Shown: positions 16,715 to 28,998, counted from the first letter of the stretch. The stretch is DNA of 64,000 nucleotides from Macrostomum hystrix (GCA_950097015.1 CATNEN010000039.1:1054001-1118000); one strand, 5' to 3'. Notes: generated by a model from the sequence alone, not told the origin. Translations and numbers: made by a program.

Positions 16715-17377
16715 CTTGAATCCTCGAGTTGTCAAATGGGTCTCCAGTAGTAATTCGGCATTTTTGTCCAGGCTACAAGGAAAATGAACAGAAAACATTT
16801 TTAGACGAATTGTCACGCGGAAATCATGGCAAAGTTAGGAAATCAGTTGAAGAATGATGAATGGAGCTCACTCCTGCAGCAGGTTGTTAACAGTGACGTA
16901 ATCATCCTGAAGCTCCTGTGCCAATTCATCTTCTCCATTATTCTGTATCAGATAGTGATCCATCAGCAGTTTCTTAGCCTCGCGATGCGAACTATTCGGC
17001 ATGCTCTTCCTAAATTTCGAACCAATCTTTTTGCTATCAACCCAGCTGCTCAGACCGCTGCTGACTTCCGCGTCCTCCTCGGTCATGGGATCAATGACGC
17101 GATCGGTTGAGGAGAAAAGTCGGCCAGCCAGCTGGAATGGCTGAACATTAATCTTGCCATGCGAGCGCAGGATGTCAATCTTCTTTTCAGTGTTGCTCTG
17201 CCTCCCGAATTCGTCTTCGAACCAGACGCTGGGTCGATTCCGCATCTCCGGCCCGAATTCGTGAATGCGCAGTTGGCGAATGATTTTAAAGCGGGGATGC
17301 CATGGCTTGGAGCGGGCATAGCGAACTGGCTGGAAGCCCAGAAGAATACGGCCACAGCCAATGCACGCGGAGAACGC
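16715..17377 (-). CDS. MRPL45: Mitochondrial ribosomal protein L45-like (Tim44-domain family), 5' part: exons 17377-16872 and 16772-about 16715; remaining exons lie beyond the satellite
   Basis: Acceptor ttctag|GCG at 17377, donor GA|gtgagc at 16872 and acceptor ttgtag|C at 16772 keep the frame. Translation AFSACIGCGRILLGFQPVRYARSKPWHPRFKIIR...LFSSTDRVIDP...ELQDDYVTVNNLLQDLDKNAELLLETHLTTRGFK parallels the recalled invertebrate MRPL45 layout (W.PKFK.LR; S.TG.IFE; AQDIY; VTERAY) after a presequence-like N-terminus. The second exon's donor (AAG|gttact) is uncertain. Confidence 0.72.
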
Positions 17378-17869
17378 CTAGAATTGTGAATTATGTTTTG
17401 TTTTTAGCTTTTGGTACACTCAGCAAAATTGTAAAAAATCAATATAATATTGATTAATACTACAATAAACGTAAAATCTGGACACACAAAATGAATATTA
17501 AACTAAAAAATGAGTGATGCAGTTTGACAAGCAGGTAAAAATTTTGCTTGCTACAAAAATAAATTAATTGACTAATATTAATTTCAACACAACTTTAAAA
17601 TGTGTTGAAAGAGGTATGCTTTTGAAAATAAATTTTTTCATAAGGTTTCTTAAAAATATTGTGCTCTGTAACAGATTATAGGCACATTAGTCAGGAAACA
17701 AAAAAACTTTATATAAATTAAGCTTTACTATAGATATATTTGTAGTTTTTTGCTATTTTTATTATACTTTTCTGACTAATGTCAGAGAAGAAGAAAAGAG
17801 AAGGCAAGAATGTAAAAATGGGATTAAGAAACAAGTTCTAAGTCATAAATAAATCAAAGAAACTGACTA

Positions 17870-18600
17870 TGTTGCAGATGAGCAAAAACTAAGTCGCAGT
17901 TGAGGGAAAACTAATTTGCAGTTGAGGAAGTGAGGGATAACTAAGTCGCAGTTGAGGGGAACTAAGTTGTAGTTTAGGGAAAACCTTGATATGGAACTAC
18001 AAGGAGAATACATTTTGCATCTAATTAGACAATATAAAGTAACATACATCACTTTAGCTGATATATATGGTAAAAACAGATAACAAATTAAGAATCCTAG
18101 ATATGTTAGCCCTTGCTCAAAAGTTTGCTTGGGTACTTGGCTTACTTCTCATGCATACATAGGCTAGGCCAAATTAATGTGATTTCACCATTTATTATAC
18201 TATTATAGAACAGAAATAGAGATTTGAAAATTCATGCCAATACAAAAAATGCTTATCCTTATGGTACTATATGAATAACAACTGGCTTATCTAGACAAAA
18301 TGTAGAGATGGCTTTCCTATCTGTTTTTGTGTACATCTGCATGGAACACTGGCAACATTATACTTAACCAAGCAGTTTAAAGAACCGATAGCCATAAGTA
18401 TACATAACTGAAAACCAATACCATATAAAATTGAAAGTGATTATGTTTCTAAGAATGCTGAACATACATGCGCAATCTCCCAAATCTTAGCCAGCCGTGC
18501 GACTTAGTTTTTGCTCTATTTATGACCTAGTTTGCTCTCATTTGCAACTTAGTTCGTTTCATTGCTCCATTTACGACTTAGTTTGCTCTCTTTTTCTCTC
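17870..18600. repeat. Degenerate inverted-repeat element with ACTAAGTCGCA subrepeats
   Basis: GAGCAAAAACTAAGTCGCA (17880-17898) is the exact reverse complement of 18498-18516, and further degenerate copies cluster on each side. Confidence 0.5.
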
Positions 18601-19040
18601 CCCTTTTTCCTTTTCTTCACACTTTCCTTTTTTGTCCCTTGGTCCCCCTTTTGATTTTTTTGCTCTTGGTCAATTGGTTTTTGCAACTTTCCTTGCTTGG
18701 CCCTCGTTTCACCCTGCCGGTTTGGCCAGGTCGGCTGAGTGTTGCGCATGTATGACACTGAACTTGTATTTGGCACCAATTAGCTTTGTTTTACTATGTC
18801 AAAAACATAAATATAGATGGATGAGAAAATATATATGAAGCTCTCTCTGAGTTCTATATAGATAAGCCAGTCCTTATTCCCACAATATATACAAATGGAT
18901 AGGAGGGCTATCTCCTATGTGGATAAGGTAGTCATTATTCTTACAGTATCATGTGAATAGTATGGCCATTATTGCAATGGTACTGCAAGGGGATAAGCAC
19001 TGCCATACATAAAACTGATTGTAGCTATGTCTGTACATAT

Positions 19041-19785
19041 TAGAGTCTAACCAAGTACTCAACTTACCAAGTACTTGACCCTTTTGACAACTACTTGATT
19101 CGAAACTACTTAAGTCTAAATTTGTGATGAGTAGTCAATAAATTATTCCATGTAACATAGGGGTCAAGAAAAGCCAGGGCAGATAAGAGAAGCAAGAGAA
19201 GAAAAGAGAAAGGAAAGAATAGATATAAGAGCAAGAGCAGAAACAAGAGAAAGGAGAATAGAAATGAGAGTAGGAGCTAAATCCAATTGCAATAGGGAAG
19301 GGAATAAACTGTTATGCATAGTTTTTGTTAATATTGTATGCTAAAGTTAATTCTGATCCAATGTATAGATCTAGAACAACCAATTTAACCAACCAACCAA
19401 TATGCATTTATAGTACATAGTACATACATATGTAGGCCTATATCACATAGTCCTTGTCAATATTTATTTTTCCTGATATATAGCCATTTCACTTTTATTT
19501 TAGGAAATACAAGAAATAAATAAGAATGTATTATTTTAGTAGTAATATAAACTATGAACATGTGAGAGATTAAGGATGGTAGTCTATTTTTATATGTACA
19601 ACAGTAAGCAGTAAAATAGACAAGGCAGAGGTCTAAAAATAAGATACTATATATAGTTGTTACTATACTTAGTATATATTACTCAGCTACTCCACTACTC
19701 AACTCAAATTACTCAACTTAGTCAAGTTGAGTAATACTCAAACGAGTACCTGACTCGACCAAAAACCAGGCTTGGTCAGACTCTA
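19041..19785. mobile_element. Non-autonomous DNA transposon, hAT-like
   Basis: 15-bp TIRs TAGAGTCT(A/G)ACCAAG (14/15 match), 8-bp flanks gtacatat / ctgcatat (6/8, decayed TSD), subterminal TACTC/TACTT repeats, no ORF. Confidence 0.65.
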
Positions 19786-20221
19786 CTGCATATTCAAAAA
19801 ATTACACGGGAAGAAAATATTGAACATTGCACTAGATTAAGTTTGAAATGCATTTCTCTTTTAATAATATAATATATATTATAATTATATATTTATATTG
19901 TTAAAATTTCTTAAATACATCATACAAATGATAAAGTTTTTTTCCAGAAACTATGACTGACAACAAATAATTATACCTGACTTTTGAACTAGGCCTACGC
20001 CGCCTACTGCATATTTTGCAACTGTATTCCATGTATAGGGCTATAGGCCTATGGCTAAATCAGCATCAAGACCAATATAGCATTACACTATCTTAATCTA
20101 GAATAACTAATATTTAAACCAAAAATATGAATACATATATATGTACACTACACTTCCTGAGCATTGAGCATTGAGCGCTGAGCACTCCATAGGCATAGGG
20201 CATAGGATAGGCCTGCTGAAC

Positions 20222-20502
20222 GGGTGCCAGGCTTTTCGGCGACAGTTGATTTCGGCGACACGGAAAATGGTGACTTCGGCGACAAGCAATGTTAAATTCG
20301 GCGTCAAGTACGTTTTGTCAACGATGCTTATTGTCTGAGTACAACTGTGTGTTTCCAAGAGCGTTCTAACTGAATCCAAGTCAAAGTCAATGCAATTGTC
20401 ACACACTTGGTCGGTCTTTTCGCCGAATTTAACATTGCTTGTCGCCGAAGTCACCATTTTCCGTGTCGCCGAAATTAACTGTCGCCGAAATGCCTGGAAT
20501 CC
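20222..20502. mobile_element. 281-bp MITE with about 82-bp TIRs and an 8-bp TSD
   Basis: 20222-20303 is a near-perfect reverse complement of 20421-20502. TTCGGCG(ACA) occurs four times per arm. TGCTGAAC is duplicated at 20214-20221 and 20503-20510. Confidence 0.9.
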
Positions 20503-21379
20503 TGCTGAACATGTCAACATCATGTCATGGTGTACAGCTCTAAGACTAGATATCATAATTTGCTTTCATTCATTGTATCTGAAAGCAAGAGAAGCAATAA
20601 CAGGCCATGTGACATGATGTGTTAAGTGATGTGAACGTGATACAGCATGGCTTAGTGCAACGCGGATGGTAGAGATATGGGTATGGGGTACTTGGGTACT
20701 GCGAGAGATAATTATTGCTTTAAAAAACAAATGCGTAAAACAAACACTTTTACTACAAGAGGAAAATCTAATTTTCAGTATAGATATTTAGAACCAAGCA
20801 GCAAATAAAATATTTTTCGATTCGCAGTTATTTAATAAAGATTATAAGCACACATAAAAATTACGAAGCTTAGAATAGCTCCACTGCTTGAAATCACACA
20901 ATCCAAATACATGGCCCTACTAAATAAGTGCGACCCAGAAGGCTAGAACCACAGTAGCAAAGAGGTTTGGTGCATCCCGTCGGCTCGCTAAGCTTCGGGT
21001 TTGACTGTTGCGCACCTATACGCACCTCTTAGTGCCTCGTCTAATGCGATGCTATATCTATTTGCGAGGATAAATATCCTCCGACTAAGGGCTCCGACTA
21101 ATATCGCGAATTGCTCAGAAAGCATACAGATTCATATTTTTGTGCACTACTCCACAGACTCACAGTTTGCCTCAAACAGATAATTTAATTAACATGATTC
21201 AGCCATTTCGTTCAGTGTCTTTAAACGAATCGGCCGTCTCCACAAAACTGCTCACGGTTTGGGCAGCCAATTGCCACGGGTTTTTATGTGTTCATTTACA
21301 AATTACATGTTATTCGGAGTCCTATTTTCCCGCTGCGAGGAAATTACACCAAACCAGAAAACTACATCTACTTGGTCGT

Positions 21380-21930
21380 TGCCCTCGACCATGCAGCAGA
21401 CGCGATAGAATGCCTCGTCAGTTGTTTTGGAAGCTGCTGATAGTAGCTAGCAGCTGCAACGTGCCTCCTCGCGAACATGAGAATGGACATGGCGACCGTA
21501 GACTTCGCGCGATCGCAGCCGAAGGCTACTCAGCTCACCGACAAGCTGTGGGCCAGCCGGCAATGAAACGTGCTGTTCGGGCAGCCGGCGGGCGCTTTGG
21601 CAGGCAAAGGGGGCAATTAAGTCGTGTTTTTTGCAGTGCTGCTGGGGCTCCGCAAGGGCCCCAGCAGGAGGACATGCAGACATTTGTTCGGGCTAAGAAC
21701 GCCGCACAGCAGCAGCGCTTCAGCGGCTGGTGGATTCCTTCTTCTTCTTCTTCTGCCCTTTTTTCGCCGTTAGGCGTGGGCCCCGGGAGCATTCTGACTA
21801 GTTATGGCAGACACGAGCTGGTGGATTCCGTCTGACAGGACCTTGACGTCGTCATCGTCTACATCGACGAGGTTGCTATTCACAGCCCGCTGCAATACCT
21901 TGAGCACATGCTGGCTACTGCGGCGGATGG
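21380..21930 (+). pseudogene. Decayed Ty3/Gypsy gag/RT remnant
   Basis: About 21815-21915 translates ELVDSV*QDLDVVIVYIDEVAIHSPLQYLEHML, the Gypsy RT YxDD region with YIDE and an in-frame stop. Upstream RDRMPRQL resembles the gag DR.PSQL motif (weak). Confidence 0.65.
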
Positions 21931-23084
21931 TGTAGTGTCAGCTTGTTTGTACTTCTATCTCCCCGTGTTATTTTTCAGTGCTTAATTATCTATTTTTAGA
22001 CGCGTGTGTTTTTTGCTAAGAGTCACCCACGCCAAGCCGGGCCGGACCAGCTGGGGGAACGGACGCCCACCACCCCGCGAGCGCTACCCCTGGGCTACGG
22101 TCCCGGCCAATCAGCGAGCGACCTGGCCTCACTACCTGTCTACCCTCGGCAAGAAGCAACCCCGGGGCTCAGAACGGCGGTCGCAAGTCTACTGTGATTT
22201 GTCACCTTGGCTCAAGCTACAGCCAGGCATCCACCTCGCCGATCGACCTAGTTTGGGGTTGAAATGACTCTATATAACGAAGCGTGTTTTTGTAGTCCAA
22301 AATTATCTTTTTCTGCAATCCGCCTCACACTGTGAGAAGCACGTGCAAATTATCGCTATCGGCAATTCGCCTCACACTGTGAGAAGCACGCGCCAGCAAA
22401 TTAAGTCCACTTGTTTTGTCCTTCCCCCGCCCGACCACGCTCCGCTTGTTCAGTTAGGTAGCTTTCGGCGCTACGCGTCTTGAGAGTGCGCCGCTGACAA
22501 GGGTGGTCTAGATAGGCGCTGGTTGTCGAAGTCAGTACGTGCTCTCTTCGGAGACTCCGCCGTCCGGCAGAAGGAGTGCCAACCGATAGGATTTGTCGGG
22601 GCAGCGCTGAAAGCAGAGACAACCGGAGCCTCTCGGGAAGAGTAGGGCGCGGATTAGGCCAGTTAGGTAAAATTGTTATATCCAAATTGTTAGGCCAGAC
22701 TTGCTTCTCACTGTGAGCGCGCTATAATTTATTCTGTGCGAACATCTATTCTGTCAGTATAACTTTTAAGTCAAGTAAACGATATTCAAAGTAATTCCTA
22801 TTCGTATCTGGAATCTTAGTCACAGCTGATCAAATCACTTCTAATCAAATTATTCGAGTCTTGTGTTCACACTGTGTTATTCCTTTTTCATTGGGAGTTT
22901 CGCCGGGCCGGAGGACGACATTTCCTATTCCGCTTCGCTTGCTACCCTAGTACTCTAACGCTATTTAATTTCAGATTCCCTGCTGCTATTGAAACGATTG
23001 GTAGGACACCGACCCCGGTGAATAGTGAATAGTCGCTAGCTTTAAAATTCCTCTCGCTCCAGCTAGGACATTCATTTTATTACA
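21931..23084. mobile_element. Solo LTR (1154 bp) inserted in the RT remnant
   Basis: Begins TGTAGT and ends ATTACA (TG...CA with a short inverted terminus). 4-bp TSD ATGG on both sides. Internal direct repeat CGCCTCACACTGTGAGAAGCACG at 22321 and about 22368. Confidence 0.75.
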
Positions 23085-25358
23085 ATGGCTCAGTATGGCT
23101 GCTGCGGCGGATGGCTCCAGCCCAACCGCCCGTCGGCGACCACGATCAGTTCCTCCGTAACGGTCCGCTATGTAACGAAATAAAACACAAAAAATTCATT
23201 ATATTAAACAGTGTAAATAAATATTCACCAGAAAAAGTAAGGTTAAGTCTAGTTTCTAAAACAACTATAAAGTACAAAACAGTTACTTACTGTTTTTCTG
23301 TATCGATATTACGAAAGTATAATATGTACGAAAGTACGAAAGTATAATACGAGCGTATGTTCTTTCTTAGAAATGGTTTAAAGCCTTCATTTTCGAAGAT
23401 AAAACTCATTGGCTCTCAAAGAATGTTTGAGGGAACCTGATCGGCCTTTGCATATTTAATTCAAATTTATTTAATAGCAATTGGTTGAATCTAATTATTT
23501 TATGAAAATAATTTTTAAGTATATCTTTAGATACAAAAGTGACTAACAACAAACAATCAAAAAGCTGTCTAGATGCCATAGTAGTGTGCTTAGATAGCAT
23601 AGGGATAGGCCCATGTGTGTTTACCCAGAAAAGATTTTTGCCTTAGGTAACAAGGCAAGGCAAGCTAACAAGAAAGAGCTGAAATCATATTTTCCTCCAA
23701 AACCTTTATATTTCGCTTTGGTTATGGTCATAGTCATAGGCATAGACATAGCCATGCACTGTTCTGTCACTGCACTGTTATGTCGTGTCATTCAAAAAGC
23801 TTTGTGAGTTGAACTATATATTTACCCACATAGGCCCTAGCTAAAAAAGTCATTATCCTTTGTAAAATAATTTGGCATACAAATCTAGAGGATTGCAATG
23901 TGTGTTTACCTTTTATATTCTGCTAGACTGAGTCTAAAGCAAACTTTTTACTGTTGATTTCAGCTGTAGCCTATAGGCCTATGTTTTTGCCTCTTCATAA
24001 ATACATTTTTATTGAGGCCTAAGAATCTACAATCTTGACTGTATCATAGGGCCTATTAGTTTTATCCATTGGTTTCCTAAGTAGGCCTATTACCTAATAT
24101 TCAGATATAGGCCTATGAAAACTATTTGTTCTATAGTAGCTAAACAAATGTGCTAGGGTTATTTTATAATATTTAATATACCACTGAATGCCACCAAAGT
24201 TGTCCTAGTACTCATTATTATTCTAACTTTACTTTCACAATGTTGCTGTATTTTTTTGTTAATAATCTACAAAAGTTGTTTTTAAAGAGGTATTTGAATA
24301 TAATATTGAAAGTAATTTCAATATTTTCTTAGAATTAATCTCTGAAAATGTATTTTATATATTTAAAAGAATTTCTTGGTAGTGCATTTAGTTATTCTAA
24401 GTATTCTGTTTAATTATTCTGAGTATCACATTTAGTTAGTCTAGGTAGCATAATTAGTTATTCTGGCCGATTATTTTATCGTATGTATGTATTTCTGAGT
24501 ATGGGCTTTCCGAAAAGCCTTACCAATGATCTCAAGTGTACAGCAATACTTTTTATTTCTCTCTCTTGAATCTTTTTTAGTATTTGTCTCCGTATGTTTT
24601 ATAAAGAATGAAAGAACACAATTCTGAGTAATGTATACAAACTTTGTTTCAAACTGCGTTGAACAAGGTTAGTTTTCCCTTGGTTTTGTTCCTGTATTTA
24701 TACAAAAATGTATCATATTAAACAAAGTAATTATAGTGCATTTAAACAAAATATTTTTCAAATAAAACAAACTATTTACAAATTTATGCAATTTACATGT
24801 ATTAAAACAAAATATATACAAAGAAAAAGTTGCAGTTTTTCAACTTATAAAATTTGGTCTACATCAAATAAGATACATTCATGCAGTCACAAATAAGAGA
24901 ACACTTGTTTCCAAAGCTAACAAATTAACAATGTCCTTTGAATGTCAATTGAAGATAAGAACTATTATATAAAAACTAATGTAAAGGACATTTTATATAG
25001 AGTTAATGGCTTAGAGTAAGAGTTAGTGGTTAAAGAACAGTTTTCATTAATTTTTTGCTATTAGATGAAATTCTAGCAATGAAGAGACTAGAACCCAAGC
25101 AAAAATAGCTATTTAGCTTAGGCAAGCTTTGTTTAATAAATATATATTAATTTTACAAAAAAATTATAAAATCCTCTCTTTTGTCAAATTAATTTTAATA
25201 ACAATTTGTCAAGTTTTCTTGTTTAATATAAAGTTCTAAACTTGTATATTACAAGGCTTGAGTGTATTTTATTTCAATTATAAATTACTAGTCAAATGTA
25301 AAAGCTTGCTCTGAGGGAGTTTTCAAGTTTTATTTCAGCTGATACCCTCAGGAAGATA

Positions 25359-28300
25359 ATGCATAGCAATGCAAGGAAATCTGACATCATCCACTTTAAT
25401 GTTGGTGGGAAAAAGTAAGTGTTACTTATTGACTATTAATCATCTAATCAATTCCTTCTTTTTAAAATGACATTTAATTGTAGACAATTAAGATGTCCAT
25501 GTACTGTACATGCATTGCTTACTGCTATTAAGGTAGATATAAATGCTGCAGTTCAGTTCAGTCCAGGGGCTGGTGGCTACCTTACTGGATATGTTTATCC
25601 CAGCTAATGCTAGTACGGCCATTTTACAGCTGGTTAAACTAGATCATAGCAATTGTTGGCAATTCTATCCACCCAACTGCTCAGGTTCTCAACCTCCCAG
25701 CAGACTCTGCTTTCCATTCCGGACACCTTCTTCCGCGCCCTGCTCAGCGGCAGTCTGGACACCCAGCGAGACGAAACTGGCGCCATCTTCATCGACCGAG
25801 ATCCCAAACTGTTCTCCCTGATCCTCAACTACTTGCGCACCCGGGATCTGCCCAGCAGCGACAATGTCGACTGGCTTGCGTTGAAGAACGAGGCTGAGTT
25901 CTATGGCGTCACCTGCCTTTCCAGGAAGCTCAGTCTCTGTGAGGAGGCCTATTATGGCGCCTGCGGCAACGTCTACTTTCATGCCCACATCAATGCCATC
26001 GAGGCCCAGGAGGTGAGCCGCATTGCTGCTGAGATTCTTATTGTTTAGTCATTTGGAAGGCCGCTTACCCTCCACTGTCATCAGCAGCAGTGATTTGGAG
26101 GGCCGCTTACCCTCCACTGTCATCAGCAGCAGTGATTTAGAGGGCCGCTTACCCTCCACTGTCATCAGCAGCAGTGATTTAGAGGGCCGCTTACCCTCCA
26201 CTGTCATCAGCAGCAGTGATTTGGAGGGCCGCTTACCCTCCACTGTCATCAGCAGCAGTGATTTAGAGGGCCGCTTACCCTCCACTGTCATCAGCAGCAG
26301 TGATTTAGAGGGCCGCTTACCCTCCACTGTCATCAGCAGCAGTGATTTGGAGGGCCGCTTACCCTCCACTGTCATCAGCAGCAGTGATTTGGAGGGCCGC
26401 TTACCCTCCACTGTCATCAGCAGCAGTGATTTGGAGGGCCGCTTACCGTCTGAATTCGCAGGTGACGCTGATCCGGTGCCAGCAGTCCTGGCTGGCTGTG
26501 GCCACCAACAACTCCGTCCGCCTGTACCGCCTGAAGGAGGCAGCCGGCTGGCAGCCGGTGTGGCTAAGTCAGCCTGGCGCATTTCCCGAGCGCGTGCACC
26601 GCCTGGCTCTCAGCGGCCGCCTCGGTGGAGCCTCCGGGCGGGGCTGCAGCGGCGGCGATCATCGTCTGCTTGGCGTGGCTACCTCCGGCGGCGACCACTG
26701 CGTCCTTCTGTTCTCCATTGCCGAGGCCGCCGGAGACGAGCCGCTTGGCGACGCTGTTGGCTTCGCGCCGCCGCCCAGAGAGCTGAAGAGCCCCGGCCCT
26801 GTGGACGACCTGCTGTTCGTCAGCAATCAGCTGGTCGCAGTGAGCAGGTGAGCAGACCATGGAGAGCTTGTTACTGCTTGCAACCCAGTGGATAGAGCCT
26901 TAAACTTCTGACCGAGAGAAAAGCAATGGAGTCACATGTGATGGGATCATTGCTGTGATGCGATGAAGAGCGAGATTTCGAAATTTAGCCCAAGGGAAGC
27001 CATTTGAATGCTTAAGCAATTCACTTAAATTCCCTCAGTTGACCTAGCTCATAAGTAGGTACCAGCAATTGCTGGGCTAGAAATTTCATGGATGTCTCCT
27101 CAAGCCGATCTACTGCCCTACTGGGCCCATGAATCTCAACGCAGGCGAGCGGGTGCCATAGGCGTGCTGCACCACGCCAGCGGCAACTGGCAGCTGCAGT
27201 CGATCGGAGCGCCGGTCACCAGCCTGGATGTGGCCGGCAGCGAGTTCCTGCTGCTGGGCTGCGCTAACGGCCAGATCTGCCATATAGACATGGAGAAACT
27301 GCCGGTGAGCTTGCAGTGTGCCTGCGCCAATAGCCACTTGGCAACTATTTTATTTCTCCCTCCGCTCTGTGGCATCCCAGATGCGCCTAAAAGACAATGA
27401 CCTGCTGGTGACGGAGCTCTACCGTGACCCGGGTCAGGAGGCTGTGACTTCGCTTAGCGTCTACCTAACCCCGAAGACCTCCTTGTCCGGCGGCAAGTGG
27501 CTGGAGATCGCCTACGGCACTGCCAGCGGCCTGGTGCGCGTCATCGTCCAGCACCCGGAGACGCCTGGTCACGCGCCTCAGCTCTTCCAGACATTCAGCG
27601 TGCATCGTAGGCCTGTTGAGCACGTCAGCCTGTCTGAGCGGCACCTCATCAGCGTCTGCTCAGAGCTGGGTCACGTGCGCAGCTGGCAGGTGACCAGATT
27701 TCGCGGCATGATCAGCACACAGCCGGGCAGCACTCCGCTTGCCAGCTTCCACGTGCTGCACTTCAGCTGCTCGCCCGGCCGGCATCCGGGACCGCACGGC
27801 GAGAAGGATGACTTGCAGATCTTCGTGCAGCAGGTTGGATCAGATCTGGGATCTAATTACTCGTAGCTAAGCAAACTCTATTTTACCAGACAATTCTTGA
27901 GCCTGTAAAATTCTGCGAGACTTGTCGATTGCGCGGTGCATCTGAAGGCCGCATACGCTTGTTCTGTCCATAGACTGGGGTTGGGCCACACCCATCCGCA
28001 TCTAACCTAGCTAAGGCTGGTAACAATTTAATAGCCGGCGGAACTGAAGCGAATCAGAGTTAAATGTTTTTCTAAAGACTTTTTCAGTGCAGTCGGTCCC
28101 ATTGACAAGTGCTATACAACAGATAAGACACGGGAGAGATGAGACAGTACAACAGATAAGACACGGGAGAGATGAGACAGTACAACAGATAAGACACGGG
28201 AGAGATGAGACAGTACAACAGATAAGACACGGGAGAGATGAGACAGTACAACAGATAAGACACGGGAGAGATGAGACAGTACAACAGATAAGACACGGGA

Positions 28301-28998
28301 GAGATGAGACAGTACAACAGATAAGACACGGGAGAGATGAGACAGTACAACAGATAAGACACGGGAGAGATGAGACAGTACAACAGATAAGACACGGGAG
28401 AGATGAGACAGTACAACAGATAAGACACGGGAGAGATGAGACAGTACAACAGATAAGACACAGGAGAGATGAGACAGTACAACAGACGAGCGGCTCAGCT
28501 CCAAGTCTCAAAACCCGCCCCCAGGTGCTGCCAGCAGCCAGCTCCCTGTTCATCCGCCTGGCGCCCAACGGCCGCCGTGTCTGCTCGATTCGCTCAGTTG
28601 ACGGCTCGGCCATCACCGCCTTTGCAACGCACGAGTACGAGGGCTGCAGCTCCCGCCTGGGCTCAAGGCCGCGCCGCTATCTCATCACCGGCCACGCCAA
28701 CGGCAGCCTGCAGATGTGGGACCTGACCACTGCGCTGGAGCAACTGCCGCCGCAGCCGGATGCTGCCGGCGCCCGTCCGCCCAGCTGCCTGCTGCCTGGC
28801 GCGGTCGCCGCCGCCGCATCGACCGGCTTTCCTCCGCAGCGTCACGTGACCGCTGCGGCAGCGGCCGTCACGTCGGCGCCTGGCGGCGGCTTCTCCGGCC
28901 ACGTTGGCGGGCCCACGCCGCGTGAACTGGTCAACCTTCTCGAGAGCTGCCACCTCACGCCTTCCAGTAGCGTGTCGAGCGGCTTGCCGGACACCTGA
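25359..28998 (+). CDS. KCTD3: BTB/POZ + WD40 protein of the KCTD3/SHKBP1 family; exons 25359-25414, 25685-26012, 26462-26847, 27145-27304, 27381-27833, 28525-28998
   Basis: All introns are GT-AG and phases join. Motifs [103 protein letters not shown] are characteristic of the family. Confidence 0.93.
26053..26447. repeat. 42-bp minisatellite (about 9.5 copies) in KCTD3 intron 2
   Basis: Unit GAGGGCCGCTTACCCTCCACTGTCATCAGCAGCAGTGATTT(G/A); ends 14 nt before the acceptor. Confidence 0.97.
28110..28486. repeat. 33-bp minisatellite (about 11 copies) in KCTD3 intron 5
   Basis: Unit ACAACAGATAAGACACGGGAGAGATGAGACAGT. Confidence 0.97.

Noticed and set aside
17683-17782. Mini-MITE (ACATTAGTCAG ... 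CTGACTAATGT)
   Set aside because: Only an 11-bp inverted pair with no TSD; too weak to call.
21140-21835. 231-aa ORF as an intact gene
   Set aside because: Non-ATG start, patchy composition and adjacency to a stop-containing RT fragment; interpreted as retroelement debris.
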